DNA from: Cyclobacteriaceae bacterium
GTDB lineage: Bacteria; Bacteroidota; Bacteroidia; Cytophagales; Cyclobacteriaceae
DNA length: 64,000 nucleotides
Direction: 5' to 3'
Assembly: GCA_965278925.1 (NCBI GenBank)
Contig: OZ257123.1
Location: 2,880,753-2,944,752 of the forward strand
Shown here: in pieces, positions 17,372 to 26,021 of the stretch
Layout: each line of letters opens with the position of its first letter
Position numbering within the stretch: the stretch's first letter is position 1
Position numbers and translations under genes: made by a program
The notes under the pieces: model-generated
Told to the model about the DNA's origin: nothing
Seen by the model: only the letters and a program-made list of their open reading frames with translations
Database searches by the model: none

Positions 17372-17386
17372 TGGCCGGATTGTTGA
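17372..17386 (+). promoter_or_regulatory. Candidate sigma54-type -24/-12 promoter
   Basis: TGGCCGGATTGTTGA has GG-N10-GA spacing with TT at -14/-13 (canonical TGGCACG-N4-TTGC); 25 nt before the ATG at 17412. Confidence 0.35.
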
Positions 17387-17411
17387 AATAGCCATACCTA
17401 TAAAACCAGCT

Positions 17412-19646
17412 ATGCTTCAGTCTCGATTGTTTGCCCGAATCATTTCTAAAAACCGGGAAGCCTACCTGCTAAAAGTTATTTCATTGGCGGTCGCTTTTGC
17501 CAGTTCAACCCTGATTGCATTATTTTCACTAAACGAATTTGGCTACGATCGATTTCACTCAGAATCTCAAGCCATCTTTCGCGTTCTGCAACGAAATAAT
17601 CACGAAGAATTTAGCGGCAACCGGCTTACCTCCAAAATTCCCGTTGGCGTTTACAATACTTTATCTTCCTTCCCTGATTCGCTTATTGTTGCGCGTGTAA
17701 AAGTTATGAACAGTGTAGGTGTTGTTGTCAATAAGCAACTACACCACGATCAAAAAATTCATACAGCCGACTCGTCACTGCTTTCAATATTTACATTTAA
17801 TGCTACGCAGGGGGCTTTGAAAAGTTTTGAAGGCAATAGTCCTGTTGTGATCTTATCTGAAAAGATGTCCGTTCAATATTTTGGCACCACACAAAGTGTA
17901 GGCGCTACTTTCAAACTGCATTCATTAGGCGACACACTTTACTGCAAGGTAGCGGCTGTCTTTCGCGATTTTCCTGCAAACTCGCATGAAGACTTTGGTG
18001 TGTTTTTGCGATTCGACCCGAAAAGTATTTCCACACTCAATTTTAATCCAGAAGATTTTAATCTCTATGGTCGTCTGCTGCAAGGATCGAAAACTATTTA
18101 TGCGGAAAGACTAAATAAAAATCCCGAGCTTACTTACTCATTACAACCCATTGAGTCAATCTACTTTGGTGCGCGGGTGGTTGGCGAAGAAGCACGGCAT
18201 GGTGATGAGTATAGTATCTGGATTTTGATTTGCATCACCGGCTTAATTCTTTTTTTAGCTCTCACCAGTTTTGTCAATCTCACCACCCTTACATTACCCC
18301 ATCGGTCAAAAGAGCTGGCCATAAAAAAATTTTCCGGCACCAGTAAAGGTGTGATTATGCTCGGTTTCGCCAAAGAGTCGTTTGCGTTAGTGGGTATTTC
18401 CTTTGCCCTCGGTCTTGTTATTCTGCTTAGTGCAAATACATTTATTGAGCCCATACTTTTAATTGATACGGGCAAACTTTTGCTTTCGGCTGATCAATCG
18501 CTGATTATGATTGCTTTGCTCTTGATAATCATTGGGGGAGTTGCTCCCTTGTTTATGGCTAATAAATTTGCCGGTGCCACCCCCACACGATTGCTGAGAA
18601 CAGAGACGATTACATTTCCAAAATTCAAGCGGGTTATCGCATTCATGCAGCTTGGCATTAGCATCTTTTTAATTGTGGCATCCCTTGTTATAAGGCGCCA
18701 GGTAAATCACTCCTTAGTAAAAGAACCAGGGCGCAATCATTATCAAGTTGTCTATTTAAACTATCCCGCAGACTATACGAATGAAGGGCTTTGGGATTTA
18801 CGAGCACACTGGAAAAGAAACAATCCTAACATTCAGGATGTAATGGCGACTTCACAACTCCCTAACCGTATTCAAAGTAAAGAGCTTGACTCTGATCTCT
18901 ATTTCATAACAGTCGATCGGGGCTTTCTTGATTTTTTTGATTTGAAAACAACGCAGGGAAGATGGTTTCAGGCCAACGATGAGGCTCCTCTGGCGGTTGT
19001 AAACAAAGCGGCACAATTAAAACCTAATAACGAAATCATTGGCGTAGTCGAAAATATGAGTGAGCAATTTAATCAGACCCAAAAACCAATTAAGTATCTG
19101 GTCAATAATCAGGTGAACTACAATTTCTTGTGTGTACGAATCCTGGAAGTAAATATCCGCAGAACAGTAACCTATCTCTCAACCTTTTTTACCTCACCCG
19201 CTGATCCGTTAAAGATAACATTCATGGATACTCATTTTGAAGAATGGCTTCATTATCAGGATCGGCTGAATAAACTCTCAGAAATGCTGGCTATCATTTC
19301 AGGTGTTTTGTCATGCTTCGCTATCTATGGGTTGAGCATAAGTTTAGTGCGCGATAAGCTAAAACAGATTGCCATTCACAAACTCTATGGCGCAAGCATC
19401 GTGCGGATAACAAGACTGCTGGCACGTGAATTTGCATTGCAGATGGGGCTGGCCATTTTAATCTTTGGCCCTTTCACCTATATTTTTCTCAAAGAATTTT
19501 TACGTAATTTTGTTTACACAACTCTTTTTCAATGGACCGATTCCATCTATCCACTTTCCTATTGTATACTGGTTATACTGGCGCTCTGTGGCTTTCAGGC
19601 ATACTGTCTTAACCGAGCAGACTTAACGGGAGCGTTGAAGGGATAA
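17412..19646 (+). CDS. Divergent MacB/FtsX-type ABC permease without prefix
   Basis: 744 aa. Degenerate motifs SFVNLTTL..HRSKELAIKKFSG and SCFAIYGLS...KLKQIAIHKLYGAS; same TM layout as the paralogs. Confidence 0.85.
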   Translation: MLQSRLFARIISKNREAYLLKVISLAVAFASSTLIALFSLNEFGYDRFHSESQAIFRVLQRNNHEEFSGNRLTSKIPVGVYNTLSSFPDSLIVARVKVMNSVGVVVNKQLHHDQKIHTADSSLLSIFTFNATQGALKSFEGNSPVVILSEKMSVQYFGTTQSVGATFKLHSLGDTLYCKVAAVFRDFPANSHEDFGVFLRFDPKSISTLNFNPEDFNLYGRLLQGSKTIYAERLNKNPELTYSLQPIESIYFGARVVGEEARHGDEYSIWILICITGLILFLALTSFVNLTTLTLPHRSKELAIKKFSGTSKGVIMLGFAKESFALVGISFALGLVILLSANTFIEPILLIDTGKLLLSADQSLIMIALLLIIIGGVAPLFMANKFAGATPTRLLRTETITFPKFKRVIAFMQLGISIFLIVASLVIRRQVNHSLVKEPGRNHYQVVYLNYPADYTNEGLWDLRAHWKRNNPNIQDVMATSQLPNRIQSKELDSDLYFITVDRGFLDFFDLKTTQGRWFQANDEAPLAVVNKAAQLKPNNEIIGVVENMSEQFNQTQKPIKYLVNNQVNYNFLCVRILEVNIRRTVTYLSTFFTSPADPLKITFMDTHFEEWLHYQDRLNKLSEMLAIISGVLSCFAIYGLSISLVRDKLKQIAIHKLYGASIVRITRLLAREFALQMGLAILIFGPFTYIFLKEFLRNFVYTTLFQWTDSIYPLSYCILVILALCGFQAYCLNRADLTGALKG

Positions 19647-19653
19647 TAGATTG

Positions 19654-20223
19654 TCACTTCAATCCGTCAGTAAAATGCTTGCGTGATTTTTCCTGATCAA
19701 ACTTACCCTTGTTGAATTCATTCGATTTTCCCTTAGGGATTGATAATGACCTAAAGTGCTCGCCCTTCAGAATTTTAGCTTGAAAAATAATCTGACCAAC
19801 GTGTGATGAGTAATGAGCCAGCTGTCGCTGGATTGCTTCGAGTACAGACTGACCCTCGTTGCGAATAAAAATAATTTGAGAAAGCTCTTCCGGTTTCAAA
19901 CTTTCGAGTGCCGTAAACAAACAGGTCCAACCTTTCTCCCAGGCTTCTATCATAGCTTGTTTGCTGGCGTATGTCTCTTCAAACTCTGCTTCGCGATCGC
20001 GCCATGTTTTCTCGCCATCCGAAGTTAAAAAGTCAGTCCATCGCGAAAGCATATTCCCACTCAGGTGATGAACAATTAATGCAATACTGTTGCTGGCTTC
20101 GTTGGGCTGACGCACTACTTCATCGTCAGTTAATTGTACGATTGCACCTTCACCCAATTTTTTGTAGTAGCGAAAAAGTTTTATTGCGCTTTCTAAAAAA
20201 GTCTGATCATTGGATTTATGCAT
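19654..20223 (-). CDS. DUF1572 family protein (DinB superfamily)
   Basis: SNSIALIVHHLSGNMLSRWTDFLTSDGEK.WRDREAEF and RQLAHYSSHVGQI. Confidence 0.85.
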   Translation of the reverse strand: MHKSNDQTFLESAIKLFRYYKKLGEGAIVQLTDDEVVRQPNEASNSIALIVHHLSGNMLSRWTDFLTSDGEKTWRDREAEFEETYASKQAMIEAWEKGWTCLFTALESLKPEELSQIIFIRNEGQSVLEAIQRQLAHYSSHVGQIIFQAKILKGEHFRSLSIPKGKSNEFNKGKFDQEKSRKHFTDGLK

Positions 20224-20284
20224 GGCGAGTCTTTTATAATGACCACAAGCTTTGAGACAGTCGCATCTTAAAATTTATTCCCTA

Positions 20285-21253
20285 TTATGCTTCAGTTGTT
20301 TCAGATTCCCTCGCAACAGGACCGCGTGGATTCTGTGCTTCATATTTTTTTCTTAGTTCAGCCGCATCCTTTTTATTTTTGGAATACAGAATGTGTTTGG
20401 GTACACCTTTCAAATCCCAAATCAACCCTACCGCTGCAAGGCCTCTGAGAATATAATAAGTAATATCAATCTCCCACCAGAAAAAACCTTGTCGTGCTGC
20501 CGTTTCATAATAATGATGATTGTTGTGCCAGCCTTCACCCATGGTTACCAAGGCCAATACTACACTATTCTTTGATTCATCTCCGGTTTCGTAACGCGGC
20601 TTACCAAATTTATGCATGATGGAGTTGATAGAAAACGTGCCATGATATAAAATCACGGTACTTAAAAAGAACCCGATAAATAGTGTGCTTAATCCTGCGG
20701 TGGTGAACATGGCAAGAATACTTCCTCCGTTAACGATTCCGCCCAGTGCGGTAACGATCACAGCAAGAATAGTAGGCGCCACCAGATAATGTTCGTTTAA
20801 CCACACCAGCTCAGGGTATTTGGCATAATCACCAATTACTTTATAATCTGTTTTTTTAAAGTCGGGGCCAACAATCCAGCCAATGTGCGAATACCAAAAG
20901 CCATAAATTTTCATCGAATGCGGATCGGCCGGAGTATCACTGTGGCGGTGATGATGACGGTGATGCGCTGCCCACCAGAGCGCTCCTTTCTGCGCAGTAG
21001 TTTGCGCCATAAAGGCAATTACAAACTGAAACCAACGTGACGTTTTATACGACTTGTGTGCGAAGTAGCGGTGATAGCCACCTGTAACCCAAAACATGCG
21101 GAAGAAGTATAAAAAGATACACACCATCCAGTCGAAAAAAGTTGCGCCCGTCCACAACGCACCTAAAGGCATAAGATGGATAAGTGCAAAGGCAATCTCT
21201 TGCTTTAATATCGGTTTACTTCGCGCCTCCGGAACAACAGCTTCTTGTGCCAT
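20285..21253 (-). CDS. Acyl-CoA (delta-9 type) fatty acid desaturase
   Basis: His boxes HRYFAH, HRHHHRHSD and HNNHH; GEGWHNNHH motif; WWEIDITY. Confidence 0.9.
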   Translation of the reverse strand: MAQEAVVPEARSKPILKQEIAFALIHLMPLGALWTGATFFDWMVCIFLYFFRMFWVTGGYHRYFAHKSYKTSRWFQFVIAFMAQTTAQKGALWWAAHHRHHHRHSDTPADPHSMKIYGFWYSHIGWIVGPDFKKTDYKVIGDYAKYPELVWLNEHYLVAPTILAVIVTALGGIVNGGSILAMFTTAGLSTLFIGFFLSTVILYHGTFSINSIMHKFGKPRYETGDESKNSVVLALVTMGEGWHNNHHYYETAARQGFFWWEIDITYYILRGLAAVGLIWDLKGVPKHILYSKNKKDAAELRKKYEAQNPRGPVARESETTEA

Positions 21254-21429
21254 CTCTTTTAGTTTGTCAATTGATTTTACAAAGAACGTGAATTGATAGC
21301 AATAATTCCATGCACTTTATACTATTGGTAAACTCACCTGCCAACAAACCCAAAAAGCAGAGTTAGTTGGAATAAACCTGACTTAAATCATGAAATGAGC
21401 CTCTTAATAAAAACCGGTAAAATCCTGAA

Positions 21430-22419
21430 TCAATCTAAGGGATATTTAATTCCGGCTTTCGCCCGGATACTATCCAGCGTTTGCATTAACAGTAATGTAA
21501 GGTTGTGTGTTAGGATCGGGCTTTCGGTAAGGTTTTTTTTCAAGCATTCATTTACATGCTGTGCCTCATATTCATATCCGGTACCGAATGTTTTATCAAA
21601 CGTAATCTCTTCGCGCGTGTCAACAATGCCCGGATAATACTCCAAGGTAGTAGTTGGCCCATGAAAGCGATGCGTTAGCCGGATGCGACCTGCATCACCA
21701 GCTATGTCGGCACCTGTGGCTAAGTTGGAGGCGAACGAGCAAAACAAGTTTACAATTGCTCCACTCTTATATTGAAACCGAATGGCACATTGTTCATCTA
21801 TACCTGTTGGTGCTGAAGTCATAATCGCATCAATGTGATCGGGCTTTCCCAAAATATCAAGAGCAAGAAAAATAGGATACACCCCAATGTCAAGTAAAGC
21901 TCCGCCACCCAAGGCCGGATCGTACAAGCGAGGTGGAATTGGTGGTGTGGGTTTAAATCCAAACTCAGCGTTTATGTATTTGATTGTGCCTACTTTATTC
22001 TGAGCCAGCAACTCTTTCATTTTTATATAATGTGGCAAAAAGCGGGTCCAGAAAGCTTCCATGATAAATGTATTCTGCGTTCTCGCAAAATCGATCATTT
22101 CTTTTGCCTGCTTATGGGTGATCGCAAAAGCTTTCTCACACAACACGGCTTTCTTATGTTTTAGACACAACATCACATGTTCGTGATGCAACGAATGTGG
22201 TGTAGCCACATAAATCACATCTACTTCCGGATTGCTCACCAAGGCCTCATAACTTCCATGAACATGCTTTGCAGGAAAATCTTTCGCAAAAGCATCAGCG
22301 GTAGACTGTTCGCGTGCACCTAATGCAACCAACTCGCCATCGGACACAAATGAAAGATCAGCTGCAAACTTGCGAGCAATACGTCCACATCCTAAAATAC
22401 CCCATCGGATTTTCTTCAT
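21430..22419 (-). CDS. Gfo/Idh/MocA family oxidoreductase
   Basis: WGILGCGRIA, VIYVATPHSLH, VLCEKAF, GGGALLDIGVYP. Confidence 0.92.
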   Translation of the reverse strand: MKKIRWGILGCGRIARKFAADLSFVSDGELVALGAREQSTADAFAKDFPAKHVHGSYEALVSNPEVDVIYVATPHSLHHEHVMLCLKHKKAVLCEKAFAITHKQAKEMIDFARTQNTFIMEAFWTRFLPHYIKMKELLAQNKVGTIKYINAEFGFKPTPPIPPRLYDPALGGGALLDIGVYPIFLALDILGKPDHIDAIMTSAPTGIDEQCAIRFQYKSGAIVNLFCSFASNLATGADIAGDAGRIRLTHRFHGPTTTLEYYPGIVDTREEITFDKTFGTGYEYEAQHVNECLKKNLTESPILTHNLTLLLMQTLDSIRAKAGIKYPLD

Positions 22420-22502
22420 TGCAAAAATTACTTAAGCAATAAAGTTATAAAAATTTGCGGGTCTTTGAGGTGGGAATTTTTCCAGAACGAAATCAGAATA
22501 AC

Positions 22503-23349
22503 TCAATAAACAATGCGTTGGTTTGTTTTTGTTAGCCGCTCTATCCGCACCGCATTTGTATCCGAACACTCCAATATCCATAGTTCGCCCGAAGGCGAAA
22601 CCAATCCTCCTGTAGGAGTCCACGGAGTGGTTGTGCGAAAAACAATTTCCTCTTTACCGGTAAGGTCAAATTTCTTGACCACGCGGTTACTGGAAACGGC
22701 TGTATAGATATTCCCCTGCGCATCGTCCCACACGCCAAAAACAGAATTTTTGATTTTCAGTTGTTGATTTGGCCATCCGTTTATCAGCAATCTGTTGCGC
22801 CACTTTCTTTACATTACCCTGCTTATCAATTTTTACCACGTCTTGAAAATCTATAAAGAGCAGATCGCCATTTTTATTGGTATACATCCAACGAATGTTT
22901 TCGAAACATGCATCGGTTACTAGTTTTTTAGTTTTACGAACATCCATTCGAACAACTTGTTGGCAATCTTTATCGCGATTGGCCCAAAACATAGTGCCAA
23001 CATGATCGCACACAAAACTGTAGTCTTCCAGAAAGCCTTTAGTAGTGGGTTTTATTTTTTCAAATCTGTCACCAGCCGAATAGCGCCACACATAATGACT
23101 CCATATATCAATTGCTCCATCGTACCACAAATGTTCTCCAAACAGGTTATCGTTCGCATCCAGAAATAATTCGTGCGTGTGTACATCTGGTATAACAACT
23201 GTCTTACGACCATTGATATCAATTTTTAATACTCGTTCGGTATCGGTATAGAATACATTGCCTTTGCTGTCCATAACAATGCCTACACCAGGGTGAGCAA
23301 AAAGCTGATGGCCTAGAAATAAACCGCTTAATAACGCGAGTGTTTTCAT
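22503..23349 (-). pseudogene. Secreted beta-propeller-like (NHL/SMP-30-like) protein split by a +1 frameshift
   Basis: ORFs 22687-23349 and 22503-22790 join into one protein of about 281 aa (..KSTTENQ/NSVFGVWDDAQGNIY..) if one base is removed from the T5 run at 22747-22751. Signal peptide and repeated DxxGNxY/F blades. Confidence 0.7.
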
Positions 23350-23498
23350 CTTGCTTCAGGATTACGTTCAATTTCAGTATATCACAAGTTCATCTTTAAT
23401 GCGTTATACGCAACTCCAAACTGTTGGCAGTCAAAGCAAATCTGCACCTGAGCCATGAACAGTTTGCCGGCTTGAGTGATGGATTAGTTAATCGCACT

Positions 23499-24122
23499 TC
23501 AATATCCAGCCACGTTCAAACCCAAAACTATATCACGTTTGCCTTCCCAAGTTCCTGCTGAATTTTTCTTGAGTTTAATAATCCCTGAACCGCCACGATT
23601 ATCTGCACGTGATCGTTCACTTACACCAAGTAGCGGATCATCATCAAAAACATATTCATCGATCCAGTAATATCCTTTGCCGGATTCATAAATGATGGGA
23701 TGTATGTGCTGTGGATTGCTGCTGTTGGGATATGATGCCGGTCGAATAGTTTTAATTTCATATTCACCTCTGGCATTAGATTTTACCCATCCCCGAATGT
23801 GGCCATGCCTAACGGCTCGCGTTTGATTTTCGCCTTTCGAGTACAAACCTTTATTGTCAGTTTGATACACATATAAGATCACATCAGGAGCTGGAGTTTT
23901 TCCATCCCTCTTAAAAATTGTTCCGCGAATTATAAGAGGCTCGCCCGGTTCAGAAGCGGTAACCAAAGAACTACTTGACTGAATAGATTCCGGGATCCCA
24001 TCAAACATCATCTGGCAATCTTCGCAAGGGCCTCCAATAGCCAAGGCTGTTTTACTCTTTTGAGAACAACCTGGCAACGCTGTGACAACAAAAAACACAA
24101 ATAGCAAAATTCGATTTTTCAT
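23499..24122 (-). CDS. Intradiol ring-cleavage dioxygenase-like lipoprotein
   Basis: GEPLIIRGTI, YVYQTDNKGLY, TIRPASYP, HIH motif. Start MKNRILL (24122) gives a signal peptide with a lipobox-like LPGC. Confidence 0.8.
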   Translation of the reverse strand: MKNRILLFVFFVVTALPGCSQKSKTALAIGGPCEDCQMMFDGIPESIQSSSSLVTASEPGEPLIIRGTIFKRDGKTPAPDVILYVYQTDNKGLYSKGENQTRAVRHGHIRGWVKSNARGEYEIKTIRPASYPNSSNPQHIHPIIYESGKGYYWIDEYVFDDDPLLGVSERSRADNRGGSGIIKLKKNSAGTWEGKRDIVLGLNVAGY

Positions 24123-24175
24123 ACCATCAACTTTGCTTCGATTTACGTACAATTTTGTGTCAGGTTTTATCTGTC

Positions 24176-24203
24176 TGACGAATTGCCATCTTTTCTTGAC
24201 GAA
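24176..24203. promoter_or_regulatory. Direct repeat TGACGAA x2 with 21-bp period (candidate LytTR binding site)
   Basis: TGACGAA at 24176-24182 and 24197-24203, in the divergent promoter between the dioxygenase-like gene and the LytS/LytTR pair. Confidence 0.6.
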
Positions 24204-24211
24204 ATGCTACC

Positions 24212-25276
24212 TTGAATGATGATTATAAAATTTTAATTCCCGTATTTTTAAGTGTGAACCGCTTTCTTACTTATAAACTCGATCACCTGCTCTTTTGGAT
24301 GCTTACTGTATTCTTTCATGGCTACACCCGGTTGCCGTGGATCAATAAAGTTGGCATCGGTCAGTTTATGCTGGAGTTAATTGTTCGTAATGGACTTCTT
24401 GCCTGCGCCATTTACCTTACCATTCTGTTTTCGATTCCACGGCTTACAAATGGCAAACAAACCAAAGGCATTTTTGGTCTCTTGATAGCTCTGATCATCT
24501 ATGTGCTTGGTAAAAATGCGCACGATGTATATTTCTATGGTTATGTAGTAGGCGACCCCGATCGACAGAATTTTTTCTACAACACGTTCTACAACCTTTC
24601 AATTGTAACCTTTTACCTGGCGTTTGCTACAACTTTATACCTGAGCAAACAATGGTACCTGCAGCGCGAACAGATGCGAAAAATTGAACTTGAAAAGTTG
24701 AATACTGAGTTGGAATATCTGCGTGCGCAAATCAACCCGCACTTTTTATTTAATTCTATCAACACCATTTATTTTCAAATTGACAAGCAAAATCAAGCTG
24801 CGCGTGAAACCCTGAATAAGTTTGCGGATATGCTCCGCTATCAGCTCTATGAATGTAACGGCAATGAAATTGCAATTGAAAAAGAGGTAGCCTACCTCGA
24901 CAATTATGTAAACCTTCAGCGGCTTCGTAAAAGCACTGACTATGAAATCAGGTTTAATTACGCAACCGACCTGATCAACTTTACCATCCCTCCGCTTCTG
25001 CTTATTCCGTTTGTTGAAAACGCATTCAAGCACGTTTCGAATTTTATTGATCGCAAAAACGAAATTACCATCGAACTAAAAAAAACTGATAATCTTTTTA
25101 CGTTAACAGTAACTAACACCTACGATAAAGAAAGCCTGGAGTCAGCCGAGCCGGGTGGCATTGGTTTGAAAAACGTAAAACGCAGATTGGATTTGTTGTA
25201 TGACGATACACATCGGTTGATCATTCAAAAATCAAAAACACTTTATTCAGTAACACTTGAGCTGCCTCTTTTATGA
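24212..25276 (+). CDS. LytS/YehU-type sensor histidine kinase
   Basis: TM N-terminus, ELEYLRAQINPHFLFNSIN H-box, IPPLLLIPFVENAFKH, GGIGLKNVKRRL. Start codon uncertain (TTG). Confidence 0.92.
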   Translation: MNDDYKILIPVFLSVNRFLTYKLDHLLFWMLTVFFHGYTRLPWINKVGIGQFMLELIVRNGLLACAIYLTILFSIPRLTNGKQTKGIFGLLIALIIYVLGKNAHDVYFYGYVVGDPDRQNFFYNTFYNLSIVTFYLAFATTLYLSKQWYLQREQMRKIELEKLNTELEYLRAQINPHFLFNSINTIYFQIDKQNQAARETLNKFADMLRYQLYECNGNEIAIEKEVAYLDNYVNLQRLRKSTDYEIRFNYATDLINFTIPPLLLIPFVENAFKHVSNFIDRKNEITIELKKTDNLFTLTVTNTYDKESLESAEPGGIGLKNVKRRLDLLYDDTHRLIIQKSKTLYSVTLELPLL

Positions 25277-25983
25277 AACTCAACTGCCTGATTGTTGATG
25301 ACGAGCCTCTGGCCCGAAAGGGGTTGGAAGAATACGTTCAGGAGATTTCATTCCTTCGGTTAAGCGGGTCTTGCGACAGCGCGATCAAAGCAAGCGCATT
25401 CCTTGAACAAAATCCAATCGATCTTATGTTGCTCGACATTCGCATGCCTAAACTATCCGGCATTGATTTTATTCGCACATTAAAAAATCCGCCTCTGGTA
25501 ATTTTTACAACGGCTTATTCTGAGTATGCAGTAGAAAGTTATTCGCTTGATGTGATTGATTATCTTTTAAAGCCCATCTCCCACGAACGTTTTTTGAAAG
25601 CAGCAGAAAAAGCTCTTGATTACTATTCTTTAAAACAAAAATCTGGTTCCGGTTCGCTCATTGATTATTTCTTTATCAAAAGTGATCACAAATTTGAGAA
25701 AATAAATTTTAGTGATATACGCTATGTAGAAGCCATGCAGAACTACTGTATTCTTCACATCCAATCCAGAAAACTGATCAGCTACATTACATTAACTCAC
25801 CTATTAGAAAAACTTCCTGCCGACCGTTTCATGAAGGTGCATAAATCGTTTATTGTTTCGCTGGAAAAAATTTCGACTCTGGATGGCAATACGCTGATTC
25901 TCGGCACGAGTAGGATTCCCGTAAGCCGAAGTTTAAAAACCGAAATAATGAATCGGATTAAGGAGAATCTTTTAAAGCGGTAA
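25273..25983 (+). CDS. LytTR-family response regulator
   Basis: CLIVDDEPLAR, LLDIRMP, IFTTAY, DYLLKP receiver; C-terminal FMKVHKSFIVS LytTR domain; ATGA overlap with the kinase. Confidence 0.95.
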   Translation: MKLNCLIVDDEPLARKGLEEYVQEISFLRLSGSCDSAIKASAFLEQNPIDLMLLDIRMPKLSGIDFIRTLKNPPLVIFTTAYSEYAVESYSLDVIDYLLKPISHERFLKAAEKALDYYSLKQKSGSGSLIDYFFIKSDHKFEKINFSDIRYVEAMQNYCILHIQSRKLISYITLTHLLEKLPADRFMKVHKSFIVSLEKISTLDGNTLILGTSRIPVSRSLKTEIMNRIKENLLKR

Positions 25984-26021
25984 GTATAATTCGTTTACAT
26001 TTTTTAAGTACTTTAGTAGCA

